A DNA stretch of 64,000 bases from Spirochaetia bacterium (GTDB lineage: Bacteria > Spirochaetota > Spirochaetia > DSM-2461). The DNA lies in contig CAXXIA010000002.1 in NCBI GenBank assembly GCA_963666985.2, positions 800,001 through 864,000 of the forward strand, in the 5' to 3' direction. The notes below the pieces were generated by a model. It made no database searches and was not told the origin of the DNA. It saw only the letters and a program-made list of their open reading frames with translations. The position numbers and the translations under genes are program-made. Below are positions 39,768 to 49,651 of this stretch, one piece after another. The number at the start of each line of letters is the position of its first letter. Position 1 is the first letter of the stretch.

Positions 39768-40666
39768 TTATTCCTCCCTCTGTTGCTGTAGAGAACTTGC
39801 ATGAACACCATTCCAAGAACGACTCCCGCCACAAGCAGGACATTCGACATCGAAGCGGCATATCCGATATGAAGCTGCTGAATCCCCACTTCATAAATCC
39901 TGAGATTGGCCACCGTCGTCGCCGTTCCGGGCCCCCCGTTCGTCGTGGCGAAGATTGTATCAAACGTCTTCATGGCGTCCAAAGTCCTGATCAGCAGGGC
40001 GATGAGCAGCGTCGGTTTCAGCAGCGGCAGAGTAATATGCCGAAAAAGGGCGAATTTTCCGGCACCGTCGAGCATCCCGGCTTCATAGGGCTCCTTCGGC
40101 AGGCTTTTCATGCCGGCCAGAACGATGATGGCCACCAGAGGCGTCCATTCCCAGATATCGATAATCACGATGCCCAAAAGCGCGAGATGCCGCTCGACCA
40201 AAAGCCCTCGACCGATATTGAGTCCGATAAGGCGCATGTAATACGTCAGGAATCCCTGGTCCGGATGATAGAGAGCTTTCCAAAGCAATCCGACGACCAA
40301 AGGGGTGAAGACCGTCGGAAGCAGAATCAGAGTTCTGAAAAAACCGATGATTTTCGATTCGATATTGAAAAGAAGCGCGATAAGAATTCCCAAAAACAGC
40401 TGGCTGGCGACGCAGTAAATAATGTAAAGAATCGTGGTTTTCAGAGAACCGACGAACTGCTCGTCACGGAGCATAAGAAGATAATTTTTTCCGCCGTTAA
40501 ACGTCTTCTCTGCACCCAGGGAATAATCGAAGAAGCTTATAACGATGTTATAGATAACGGGATAGAGAAAAAAAACCACCATATAAAGGCTTAAGGGAAT
40601 AAGGAAGAGAGCGATGTATTCCTTGTAAAAGTGTTTTTTCAGAGTACGGCGCATCAAAAGCTCCAC
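39764..40666 (-). CDS. CUT1 ABC transporter permease
   Basis: DIWEWTP, EPYEAGMLDGA, TNGGPG. Confidence 0.93.
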   Translation of the reverse strand: MELLMRRTLKKHFYKEYIALFLIPLSLYMVVFFLYPVIYNIVISFFDYSLGAEKTFNGGKNYLLMLRDEQFVGSLKTTILYIIYCVASQLFLGILIALLFNIESKIIGFFRTLILLPTVFTPLVVGLLWKALYHPDQGFLTYYMRLIGLNIGRGLLVERHLALLGIVIIDIWEWTPLVAIIVLAGMKSLPKEPYEAGMLDGAGKFALFRHITLPLLKPTLLIALLIRTLDAMKTFDTIFATTNGGPGTATTVANLRIYEVGIQQLHIGYAASMSNVLLVAGVVLGMVFMQVLYSNRGRNK

Positions 40667-40678
40667 TTGGCCACGCGA

Positions 40679-40711
40679 AACGGCCGCCCGCCTTGGAAAC
40701 GGGCGACCGTT
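40679..40711 (-). terminator. Intercistronic stem-loop after the binding-protein gene
   Basis: AACGGCCGCCCG-N9-CGGGCGACCGTT near-perfect inverted repeat. Confidence 0.6.
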
Positions 40712-40720
40712 CGGGGTTAC

Positions 40721-42055
40721 TTATTCGCCGATGGCGATAAGATCTTCTTCCATCTTCTTGATGGCTTCGTCCACGGTCAGCTCATGAGTGATGGCTTGAT
40801 TCACCCTCAATCCGAGAGCGTTCTGGACTTCATTGGCTTTGGGTCCGCGGGGACGATAATCACCGTCTCCGTTTTCAAAGACGTTCAGCATCACCGGCAG
40901 CCAAGGTTTCTCCTTCAGAATGCCGGGATCGTTCAGGGTGGAATACCTGATGGGGGCTCCGTCGTGCAGCATCCATTCTTTCTGCATCTTTTCGCCGCAG
41001 ATGTACTTCACGAAGGCCCAAGAGGCTTCTTTCTCGACATCGCCGATGTCGTCGTTGATGCCCACTCCCCAGCCGCCGACACCGTAGAGGGAATCAACAC
41101 CCTCGGCCAGAGGAGTCGCGGTCATGCCGGTTTTCCCGCCGACCATGGAAATTTCGGGATTTTCATATCCTGCCCGGGCGATGCTCCAGCTGGACTGCAT
41201 CACGGCCTGGCCGGTCCGGTAAGCGGTTTCCCTGTCGTCCCACCAGTAGCCGATGGCTCCCGGAGGGGCATATTTATCAAAAATCCGGACGTAGAATTCC
41301 AGGGACGCCTTGGCTTCGGGACTGTTGACGGCCACGTTGCCTTTCTCGTCGTATAAGGAAGCGCCGTATGCCCTCATGTATTCCATCCAGTCCTGAGCAA
41401 CCGCCGATCCCCTCGCCCCGTTGGCCACAAGGCCGTAAAGATTCTGTTCCGGACGGGTAAAGAATTCGGCGATGTCCTCAAGAGCTTCCAGAGTTTGGGG
41501 AGCGCCGAGGTCGTATCCGTAGCGGGCTTTGAACGCTTTCATCTCTTTCGGATCGGTGAAAAGATCCTTCCGGTAAATCAGGCTGTTCGCGTATCCGGCC
41601 ATCGGGAAAGCGATCTGCCGGCCGTTCCAGGAACCCATGGACCACATCACGGGAATGATGTCGTCGAGATTAACCTCATCGGCGTCCCGTTCCATCAAAT
41701 CGGTCAGATCCATGGTGAATCCCTTGTCTTCAAATTCACCGGTCCACATAATGTCGACGGTCGCCAAATCGTAGAGTTTGGTGTTGGAAGCATAATCCTG
41801 GGTAATCTTCTGGTACAGTTCGACATACCCGATAACATCGACCAGAATATCGGCTCCCGTTTCATCCGCGAAGGATTTTCCAAGCTCTTTCAGGTAGTCC
41901 GCATACTGTTCGGCGCAGACCGCCATCGTCAGAGAGACACCCTCGTAAGGGAGTTCCGAAACGGCTCCTTTTGCCGATGAGTCCTGAGAACCGCCGGCGA
42001 AAAGAAAAACCGATACCGCTGTAAGTACGCATAAGGCGCTTACTATCCTTTTCAT
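40721..42055 (-). CDS. Sugar/polyol ABC transporter substrate-binding protein
   Basis: Signal peptide LFAGG; YDLATVDIMW, LIYRKDLF, GGWGVGIN. Confidence 0.92.
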   Translation of the reverse strand: MKRIVSALCVLTAVSVFLFAGGSQDSSAKGAVSELPYEGVSLTMAVCAEQYADYLKELGKSFADETGADILVDVIGYVELYQKITQDYASNTKLYDLATVDIMWTGEFEDKGFTMDLTDLMERDADEVNLDDIIPVMWSMGSWNGRQIAFPMAGYANSLIYRKDLFTDPKEMKAFKARYGYDLGAPQTLEALEDIAEFFTRPEQNLYGLVANGARGSAVAQDWMEYMRAYGASLYDEKGNVAVNSPEAKASLEFYVRIFDKYAPPGAIGYWWDDRETAYRTGQAVMQSSWSIARAGYENPEISMVGGKTGMTATPLAEGVDSLYGVGGWGVGINDDIGDVEKEASWAFVKYICGEKMQKEWMLHDGAPIRYSTLNDPGILKEKPWLPVMLNVFENGDGDYRPRGPKANEVQNALGLRVNQAITHELTVDEAIKKMEEDLIAIGE

Positions 42056-42116
42056 AAAAACCCTCCTACAGATTTTTTTATGAATGCTCCTATTTGATTC
42101 AAACGCAGAGGTTCCT

Positions 42117-43148
42117 TTACTCCTGCATTTTCACCGCCACCCTGTAATTTTCCGGATTCAAAGAGGCCCTGAATGCCTTTTCGGCCCGATTCAGAGGATG
42201 GATTTCATTTAAGTACGGTTTCATGTCCACGAGGTTCTCCGAGAGAAGACGGGCGGCCCGGAAGAAATCCTCCGTGGAGGGGCTGTAGGATCCGGTAATC
42301 ACCTGCTGGTTGTAATGAACGGCATTTGGATCGAAGGGGATGGTTCCCTTGGGATGAAAGGATCCGTAATAGATTATTGTCCCGGATTTTCTGACATAAC
42401 CGAACGCTTCTTCGGCTATGGACAATTGCGGCGTGGTAATAATGAAACAGTCGAGCTTCTTCCCGCCGGTGAACTCATCGACGGCTTGAGAAACCGATTC
42501 TCCGAACGGATCGACCGTCCGATGCACGCCGACTTCACGGGCCAGGGCCGCTTTCGTTCCGTTCGGTTCCATGAGGAGAACCTTGGCTCCCCTCATGGCC
42601 GCCAGGATGCCGTTGAGCTGTCCCATGATGCCGCCGCCGGAAATCCCGACGAAGTCTCCCGGCAGAATATCCGCCCGCATAACGCTGTGATAGCAGCAGG
42701 CAAGAGGTTCGGCGAACGCCGCGATTTCCAGCGGAAGGTCGGAAGCGACTTTGAAGATTCGTCCGGGTTCCAAATCGATGTACTGCGCCATTCCGCCGCT
42801 TCCGGGGATTCCGCCGTACTCCCTTTTCCTGGAAACGCCCTCGCAAAGATTCGTTTCCCCGGCATAACAGAATCGACAGTGACCGCAGTGATCGAGGGTT
42901 TTGAACACAACCGAATCCCCGACGCGGAAAGAGGTTGCCGTATCGGGATGAATCTCTTCAATAACTCCGGATGCCTCATGCCCGGGAACGAAGGGCAGCG
43001 GCGGAGAATCGCCGGTAAAAATCCGCTTTTCCCAAGTACAGATAAGACAGTATTCAATCCTGATGCGGATGAATCCGGGAAGTAATTCCGCGAGCGGAAC
43101 TTCCTTAATCTCGATTGTCTCCGGGGCCGTCACCGTCAGCGCTTTCAT
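42117..43148 (-). CDS. Zn-dependent (MDR) polyol dehydrogenase
   Basis: CLICTWE, PGHEASG, CGHCRFC...NLC structural Zn, EPLACC, GGGIMG. Confidence 0.9.
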   Translation of the reverse strand: MKALTVTAPETIEIKEVPLAELLPGFIRIRIEYCLICTWEKRIFTGDSPPLPFVPGHEASGVIEEIHPDTATSFRVGDSVVFKTLDHCGHCRFCYAGETNLCEGVSRKREYGGIPGSGGMAQYIDLEPGRIFKVASDLPLEIAAFAEPLACCYHSVMRADILPGDFVGISGGGIMGQLNGILAAMRGAKVLLMEPNGTKAALAREVGVHRTVDPFGESVSQAVDEFTGGKKLDCFIITTPQLSIAEEAFGYVRKSGTIIYYGSFHPKGTIPFDPNAVHYNQQVITGSYSPSTEDFFRAARLLSENLVDMKPYLNEIHPLNRAEKAFRASLNPENYRVAVKMQE

Positions 43149-43158
43149 GGCGTCTCCT

Positions 43159-43938
43159 TTAGCTCCTCATAACCTCATCGGCCGTCTCGTTTTCATGAAC
43201 GATCCGGCACAGGGCCTTCATGCGGTCGTAGGGATCGGGCTGTCCCCAAACATTACGGCCGATGGCCACGCCCGCACCGCCGACTTCATTGGCGAGCTGT
43301 ACCGTTTTCAACAAAGTTTCAAAATCGGAACTGTGGGCGCCTCCGAGAATAACAACGGGCACGTAGCTGCTCTCGATGATTTCGGCGAATTCCTCCCGGT
43401 TTCCGGCAAAGGTGGTTTTAATGATTGAAGCGCCCAGTTCGGCACCGATCCGGCAGGCCAGCCGAACGTTCTCGGCGCTTTTCTCGGGTTTCGCGCCGAA
43501 GCCTCCGGGCAGCATTTCGGCCATCAGCGGAACGCCCCAGTCCCGGCATTTTTCTCCCAGAAAAGCCAGATTCTTCAGCGTTATCTTTTCGTTGTCCGTT
43601 CCCAGGAAACCCATGCAGGCCACGCCGTCGGCTCCAAGCTTCAGCGCCGCTTCCAGAGAATACAGGAGGGCATCGCCGGATGCGCCGCTCAGCTGACAGC
43701 TTCCTCCGTCCATGCGAAGAATTAAACCGCACCGAGAAAGGGACTTTTCAAACGTATTCGCTACTCCGAATGTCGTCAGGACCGCATCCGCGCCCGCTTC
43801 CAGGCAGCGCTCGATGACGTAATCGGGGCGTTTGAGACCCGGATGAACATCCAGGCTCGCTCCATGATCAATCGGCAGGATAACGGTTTTGTCATCCGCG
43901 CCGAACAGGTTCTTCATTCGTCTCATGTGTCGTGACAC
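43159..43938 (-). CDS. DhnA/LsrF-type class I aldolase
   Basis: LPIDHG, ALKLGADGV, ELGASIIKT (Schiff-base Lys), VVILGG, GVAIGRNVW. Confidence 0.9.
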   Translation of the reverse strand: MSRHMRRMKNLFGADDKTVILPIDHGASLDVHPGLKRPDYVIERCLEAGADAVLTTFGVANTFEKSLSRCGLILRMDGGSCQLSGASGDALLYSLEAALKLGADGVACMGFLGTDNEKITLKNLAFLGEKCRDWGVPLMAEMLPGGFGAKPEKSAENVRLACRIGAELGASIIKTTFAGNREEFAEIIESSYVPVVILGGAHSSDFETLLKTVQLANEVGGAGVAIGRNVWGQPDPYDRMKALCRIVHENETADEVMRS

Positions 43939-45359
43939 TCCTTCATGTTATTTGCGCTTTTTTGGTTGTTGATATCCGACAAATTATGAAAAGAATCCTT
44001 CAAAAGTTCGGACAGCTTCACAAACTCTCCGTAGAGATCTTCGTAGTGCCGCTTCCGAATTCCTGAGGAATCGGGATAAAAGGTTTTGCGAATCCGCAAG
44101 ATACGCAATTCTTCCACGGGATTGGCCATCTTACGGAAATATCCGCAGAGGCAAAGGTCTCCCAATGGGGCCGTATCTTTATAAACCGGCTGAATATAAG
44201 GATGATTCAGAATATCCGCTTTCATCTGAAGCCAGTATTCGTTCTCGGCCCCTCCGCCGGCGGCGAATATGGCTCCTCCCGGCTTATAGAGATCCGCCGG
44301 AAGCAGTTCCAGATTGTGCTTAATCGCGAACGTGATTCCTTGAAGAACCGAACGGCGAAGGGTTTCGCGATCCGTCCGATCGGTTAGGCCGACGAAAGCG
44401 CCTTGAAGCTTATCGTCCCAGAAAGGAGTCCGTTCACCGTTCAGATAAGGAAGAAAAATAGTATTCACGGGTCCGCGAACGGCGCCCTCCGGGGAAGAGG
44501 CCGCCGGGGTTAGGTTCCGAAACCATTCGATGGCCGACCCCGCATTGGACATCAGGGCGATTACAAGTCCCCGTTCGGGAACAACATGGATATCCCCTTG
44601 ATTTCTGCGGGCGCAAACCGAAAGACAGGTTGACGTGCCCGAACCTTCGGTTATGTCGCCGATCGAAACGGCTCCGCCGCCGAGGGCCTCGCAATAAGCG
44701 TCGATGCCTCCGGCGAGAACCGGAATGCCGTCCCTCAGGCCGCAGGAGCGGCTGAACACCGTTCCGGTTTCCCCCACCGGAGCATGGGATTCGAAAACCT
44801 CGGGAAGAAGGGAACAAGGGAATTCCATGCTTTCGGAATCCCAAGAAAGGGCGGACTTGTCGAAAAAAGTCAGGGTTGAAGCGGTGGAAAGATCGAATCC
44901 CTTCCCGCCCGTCAGAAGAAAATTGATATAATCCTTGGGATAGAGGAAGGATTTCACCCGCGGATTCCTCAAAAATTCCCTCAGACACTTGGCTTCCCAA
45001 GACGTGCCGTCCTTCTTGAACGAAGGAAAATCCCGCCGAATCCGGTCAGCTTCCTCCGAAGCGTCGCGATTCTGCCAGGTGGCCATGGGTCCCATGGGAT
45101 TTCCGTCGGCATCAAGAGAAATCAAGGAAGGACCATGACACGAAACGGCGATGCACTCGGGAGCTTCCCTCCGCTCTTCGGCGCCGAAGAGCGAACGGAT
45201 GAAGTCGCCGACGGATTCCGAAAAGGCCGGAACATTTTGATAAAACCCGGGAAGAAAAGTTTCTTCGCGATACGATTGGGAAAACACTTCCAGCGTCCCG
45301 TCCTTCCAGACGGCGGCCTTCATGCTTCCGGTTCCAAGGTCCAGCCCCAAGAACGTCAT
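43923..45359 (-). CDS. FGGY-family carbohydrate kinase (xylulokinase-like)
   Basis: LGLDLGTGSMKA, PKDYI, GSGTS, FLPYLNGERTPFWD, GGGA...WLQMKADI. Confidence 0.92.
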   Translation of the reverse strand: MTFLGLDLGTGSMKAAVWKDGTLEVFSQSYREETFLPGFYQNVPAFSESVGDFIRSLFGAEERREAPECIAVSCHGPSLISLDADGNPMGPMATWQNRDASEEADRIRRDFPSFKKDGTSWEAKCLREFLRNPRVKSFLYPKDYINFLLTGGKGFDLSTASTLTFFDKSALSWDSESMEFPCSLLPEVFESHAPVGETGTVFSRSCGLRDGIPVLAGGIDAYCEALGGGAVSIGDITEGSGTSTCLSVCARRNQGDIHVVPERGLVIALMSNAGSAIEWFRNLTPAASSPEGAVRGPVNTIFLPYLNGERTPFWDDKLQGAFVGLTDRTDRETLRRSVLQGITFAIKHNLELLPADLYKPGGAIFAAGGGAENEYWLQMKADILNHPYIQPVYKDTAPLGDLCLCGYFRKMANPVEELRILRIRKTFYPDSSGIRKRHYEDLYGEFVKLSELLKDSFHNLSDINNQKSANNMKECHDT

Positions 45360-46102
45360 ACCGCGCCTCCGCTGTTCCTGTTGAGATGAACGACGAACTG
45401 ATAGCGGTCGGATCTGTAGAATCCTTCCGAGAACTCAACAACCCGGGAGTTTTTGTCGTAGGAATAGGTTTTCAGGGACATAACGGAAGCCGGCTGTTCA
45501 ATTTCCAGATAATCGGCGATTCGATCGTCGGCAAGAATTGAAGAAACTTCCCTCTTCGCCTCTTTAATGTAAATGCCGCATTGTTCCTCAATGAGTTTAT
45601 AGATGGATTTTCTATAGTCTTCTTCGAGGCTGAGCCCCAGAGTTCCCAGAATGAAATTTTCGAAATAGCCGATCGGTTCTCCTTCGCAATAGCGAAGCCT
45701 TTTAATGTGAAGAACCGGATCCCCTTCCCTGATTCCCATATGCATCGCAATCAGCGTCGGAGCCAGTGTTAATTGAGCATCCAGAACTTCGGTTGAAAAA
45801 TGGATGGAAGAACCGTTTGTTTTTTCCGAGAAGCTTTGAAGTCCGAAAGCATCGTCGATAAATTTCGGAGTATTAACGATGGTGCCCCGCCCCCGATGTT
45901 TGGAGAGCAATCCTTCGGAAACCAATCCTTCGATGGCTTTCCGAACGGTTATCCTGCTGATGCTATAGGTATCGATCAGTTCACTCTCCGAAGGAATAAT
46001 GTCCCCGGGCTTGTACTCGCCCGAAGTAATTTTCTTGTACAGAATCTTTTCCAGCTGGGCATAAAGAGGAATCAAGCTCTCTGGATCTATTCCATCGTTC
46101 AT
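45356..46102 (-). CDS. GntR-family (HutC/UTRA) regulator
   Basis: PLYAQL, IPSESELIDTYSISRITVRKAI, RGRGT, UTRA end YRSDRYQF. Confidence 0.95.
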   Translation of the reverse strand: MNDGIDPESLIPLYAQLEKILYKKITSGEYKPGDIIPSESELIDTYSISRITVRKAIEGLVSEGLLSKHRGRGTIVNTPKFIDDAFGLQSFSEKTNGSSIHFSTEVLDAQLTLAPTLIAMHMGIREGDPVLHIKRLRYCEGEPIGYFENFILGTLGLSLEEDYRKSIYKLIEEQCGIYIKEAKREVSSILADDRIADYLEIEQPASVMSLKTYSYDKNSRVVEFSEGFYRSDRYQFVVHLNRNSGGAV

Positions 46103-46126
46103 AGATGAATCCTTCCCGGAATCAAT

Positions 46127-46136
46127 ATAACGTTAT
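46127..46136. promoter_or_regulatory. Palindrome, candidate HutC-type GntR operator
   Basis: ATAACGTTAT palindrome about 25 nt upstream of the GntR start. Confidence 0.4.
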
Positions 46137-46352
46137 GACCATTACTATAAAGGAAGATTCAGGAAGTGAAAGAACGATTCGCCCGAAGAATTGAATTTCC
46201 CGCCTTTTTTAGGACAAAAACACGAAAAAATCGGCAATTCCTACATTCTGGTATGTTTCTTAATTTCAAAAAGAGCGGAAAGGCCCGCTGAAATGAGGAA
46301 ACGGCCCCTCTTTCGCAACAAATAAAGCCCTCCGGTTACGACCGGATCGGCC

Positions 46353-47633
46353 TTATCGTCCCAAAGAATCGTCCTCATGTTCATCGAAGTATTTCAGAAG
46401 CACATAGGTAACATCGTCGTGCATGTGCTGGCCGCCGCGGAATCGATCAAAATCCTCTATCAGCGCCAAATGAATATCGTCGAGCTGACGTTCTTTGTTT
46501 TTACCGATTACCGATTGAATCCGTTCCGGAGTATAAAGCTCCCCGTTATAGTTTTCCTGCTCCAGAAGTCCGTCGGTGGGGATGAAGATGATATCCCCGG
46601 GCTTCAACTTCATTCTGTTCAGCACGGGTTCGTTTTCCGGCATAATCCCGATGGGAAGATTGCTGGAATTGGTCTTAATCCTGTTCAGTTTCCCCTTGCG
46701 ATATAAATATATATAGGAATGACCCATATCGCAGATAAGGGTATTGCCGCTTGCCGGATCGAATTCCAGAAAAATCCCGGTAACGAACTTCTCCGCCTCA
46801 AAGGTTCTGAAAAGATAACGGTTAACCACGCGAACGAACTCGCCGAGTCCTTTGCTGAAGTCGAAAATACTGGACATTCCCCACATCACGGAGGTAATCA
46901 GACTGGCCGCCACGCCTTTTCCGGAAACATCACAGACGGAAATAATCCACTTATCGTCGCTGTATTTGTCAATCGAGTAGTAATCGCCGCCGACACCTTT
47001 AGCGGTTTTGGATGAAGCGACCAGATCGAATCGCATCTCGTGAATGCTGGAAACCTCTCCGGTGAGCTTCTTTTGAAGCGTTCGTGCCATTTCCAAATCG
47101 TTGCGGGATATGTCCGACATATAAATGAGTATCTGCCGGGAACTGAACAGTCCGCGAAAAACCTGTTTCTCGTCAACCAGGGCATACCACGTAACATCAT
47201 CTCCATGCAGACCGTCGTCCAGGGCCTCGCTTACCGTATGGATGTTCTGGGTATATTCAAAAGAAAGCACGCTCACGGCTTTCTCCCTGACGGGCCTGCG
47301 CCGCAGAACATCACGTCCGTAGGGTCTGGCCAAATCTCCCATCAATTCTCTGCGGACGATAACGCCGTAAACCGTCATGTCTTCTTCAAGTACGGCCAAA
47401 GCCATAACCGAAGGATGCTCGGCCAAATCATCGGCAAGGTTTTCCACCGTGGCATCGGCCGCGACATACCAAGACCGGCTTCCGAGAATCCCTATGGTCT
47501 GCGTGTTGCGCTTTTCCTCGGGAAGGCGCCTGAGAACCCTGGAGCCGCTCATGGTTCCGCTGTTCCCAATCTCTTCCTTAACGACTTTTTCAGGCTTGAC
47601 TGTTACCGACGATTCCAATATCTCCGGGGGCAT
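46353..47633 (-). CDS. SpoIIE/RsbU-like PP2C phosphatase with N-terminal CBS-like sensor
   Basis: VGGDYY, DVSGKG, KFVT, TDGLLE, DDVT; N-terminal CBS-like pattern (VLEED..VYGVIVRREL). Confidence 0.88.
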   Translation of the reverse strand: MPPEILESSVTVKPEKVVKEEIGNSGTMSGSRVLRRLPEEKRNTQTIGILGSRSWYVAADATVENLADDLAEHPSVMALAVLEEDMTVYGVIVRRELMGDLARPYGRDVLRRRPVREKAVSVLSFEYTQNIHTVSEALDDGLHGDDVTWYALVDEKQVFRGLFSSRQILIYMSDISRNDLEMARTLQKKLTGEVSSIHEMRFDLVASSKTAKGVGGDYYSIDKYSDDKWIISVCDVSGKGVAASLITSVMWGMSSIFDFSKGLGEFVRVVNRYLFRTFEAEKFVTGIFLEFDPASGNTLICDMGHSYIYLYRKGKLNRIKTNSSNLPIGIMPENEPVLNRMKLKPGDIIFIPTDGLLEQENYNGELYTPERIQSVIGKNKERQLDDIHLALIEDFDRFRGGQHMHDDVTYVLLKYFDEHEDDSLGR

Positions 47634-47764
47634 CTTCTTTACCTCATCATCCGATACGCCGTTTTTTCACGGCGAACCGTCATAGTCTGGAGGCGGAAAG
47701 TCAGATTTCCATTAGGAAAAAGTCAATGATTCATCCGCTGATCGCGGTCTTCGGAGCCGCTCTT

Positions 47765-49357
47765 TCAGTAGAGCGTTAAGAGTCCGCTCACTTTATCCCG
47801 GCCCAGTACGTGAAGGAAACTCAGCAGCCTGGGACCTTTTTCTTTTCCGATGAGGGCTCTGTAAACAGCCGAGAAGAAATCGGCGGACTCCAAATTATGA
47901 GAATGGATAATGTCGTACATCAGGTTGGAGAATTCTTTTTCCGGAATATCGCCGAGCTTTTCCGCGGCCAGGTTTCCCAAATCCCGAACGGCCGCGGTAT
48001 AGATTTCATCCAGTTCCACGGGTCCCTCTTCAATTCCGCGGACGGAAAAACGGAAATCCTCCGGAGCGAAATCGTTCACCCAGTTCCAGGCGCAGAGGGC
48101 GCGTGTACGAAAGCGTTTCAAATCGGCATTCGGAATATCGCCGAGAAAGTCGATAACGGCATCGACATCACCCGAATGAATCTGCAGAAGAGTGGTAAGG
48201 TGCCGAATCTGAATTTGATAAGGAAGACGGGAAGGGGCTCCGCCGACTTGAGAAAGTTCGTAAACGCGGGCGTCCTTTTCCCATTTCTTGAGCTTTTTGG
48301 GATTATCCGGTTTCTCGAAATACGTCCGCTCGATTTTATCATAATCCTCGTAGATTTTAAGAACGTCCAAATCGAAACTGATGGCGAATTCGCTGTTGGG
48401 GCGTGTTCCGGCGAAGAGGAAGCGGATAACCTCCGGCTGGTAATACCTTAATACATCATTAAGCGACACCACCTCTCCGGATGATGAAGAGATTTTTCCG
48501 CTGCCGCCTTTTACCCGAACAAAATCGTATTGGAAGGTTACCGGAGGTTTATGGCCGAAGACTTCCATGCTCGTAAGTTTGGCGGTATCGAAACTGCCGC
48601 CTTCCGAATGATGGTCTTTTCCCGCCGGCTCGAAATCCACGCTTTCATACGCCCACCTCATGGGCCAATCGATACGCCAGGGAAGTTTTACCGCGGAGGT
48701 TTCCCGAAGATCCACCGTTTCGCTGTTTCCGCAAGAACCGCATTCATAGGACACACCGAAATCCCCGATGCGCCCGGTTACTTTGGTTGTATCCCGTTCA
48801 CACCGCGTACAAAAAACACTCACCGGCCACCAGTCGTCGTCCAGCGGTTCCGTTCGGTGAGTATTCAGCTGCCGCCGGATATCGTTCCGATGATCAAGGG
48901 CGACTTTTATACTGTCCGCGTATTGGGAGGAACGATACTTTTCGGCCTGATAGATGTATTCGGGCTCAATGCCCACCTTCGGCAAAAGGGCTTCCAAAGC
49001 CTTCTCGTTGTGGGCGGCGTAACTCGCCTCATTGCCGACGACATCAGGAACAAGGGTTATGGGTTTACGCAGATACGAGGCAAGAAGCTCCTGCTGGGGC
49101 ATGTTCGCCGGAACTTTTCGGAAAACATCATAATCATCCCAGGAATAAAGAAAGCGAACTTTTTTCCCGCGGTCCTTTAAGGCCCTCACCACCAGTTCCA
49201 CCGAAATAATTTCTCGAAAATTTCCGATATGCACCGTTCCCGAGGGCGTAATGCCCGAGGCACAGACATATTGGCGTTTATCTCCGCGTTCACGGATGAT
49301 CCGATCGGCGGTTACGTCAGCCCAGTGGCTGGAAAGAGGTCCTTGATTGATATCCAT
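47765..49357 (-). CDS. lysS: Lysine--tRNA ligase, class I
   Basis: HWAD, ASGITPSGTVHIGNFRE (HIGH), KLPWRIDWPMRW, EPAGKDH, KISSSSG, GPRL. Confidence 0.96.
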   Translation of the reverse strand: MDINQGPLSSHWADVTADRIIRERGDKRQYVCASGITPSGTVHIGNFREIISVELVVRALKDRGKKVRFLYSWDDYDVFRKVPANMPQQELLASYLRKPITLVPDVVGNEASYAAHNEKALEALLPKVGIEPEYIYQAEKYRSSQYADSIKVALDHRNDIRRQLNTHRTEPLDDDWWPVSVFCTRCERDTTKVTGRIGDFGVSYECGSCGNSETVDLRETSAVKLPWRIDWPMRWAYESVDFEPAGKDHHSEGGSFDTAKLTSMEVFGHKPPVTFQYDFVRVKGGSGKISSSSGEVVSLNDVLRYYQPEVIRFLFAGTRPNSEFAISFDLDVLKIYEDYDKIERTYFEKPDNPKKLKKWEKDARVYELSQVGGAPSRLPYQIQIRHLTTLLQIHSGDVDAVIDFLGDIPNADLKRFRTRALCAWNWVNDFAPEDFRFSVRGIEEGPVELDEIYTAAVRDLGNLAAEKLGDIPEKEFSNLMYDIIHSHNLESADFFSAVYRALIGKEKGPRLLSFLHVLGRDKVSGLLTLY

Positions 49358-49541
49358 AACAGCTGATGATATCGAAAGGAGAAAGGTTATTCAATGTAAG
49401 TACAGCCGAGCATTTTTCGCGGCGATTTCGAAACGGCGGGAAATTGAACGCGATTATTACGGAAACAAAGCAAAGATATCGGGATTTGTTTTCCAAATCG
49501 GCTTTTAACATACAGGATTAACGATTCCGGACAAAGTGATA

Positions 49542-49620
49542 GCATTTTTGTACCTTGAGATTGCATTTTTATACAAATAAAACAATTGCATTGACAGATA
49601 AAAATTCAACCTCCTACCAT
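49542..49620 (+). promoter_or_regulatory. Sigma70-type promoter with two upstream direct repeats
   Basis: TTGACA(49591)-N18-TACCAT; GCATTTTT(G/A)TAC at 49542 and 49563, 21 bp apart. Confidence 0.6.
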
Positions 49621-49651
49621 GAGTTAATTTTTAACGAAACAGGATAGGATA

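Noticed and set aside
30640..42055. Both CUT1 ABC operons lack an ATPase gene
   Set aside because: Common; CUT1 systems often share an MsmK/MalK-type ATPase encoded elsewhere
43159..45359. AI-2 (lsr) quorum-sensing operon
   Set aside because: No LsrG or LsrR, the transporter is CUT1 rather than LsrACDB-type, and a polyol dehydrogenase is present
19268..46353. Prophage, ICE or transposon origin for the accessory block
   Set aside because: No integrase, transposase, tRNA target or flanking direct repeat was recognised
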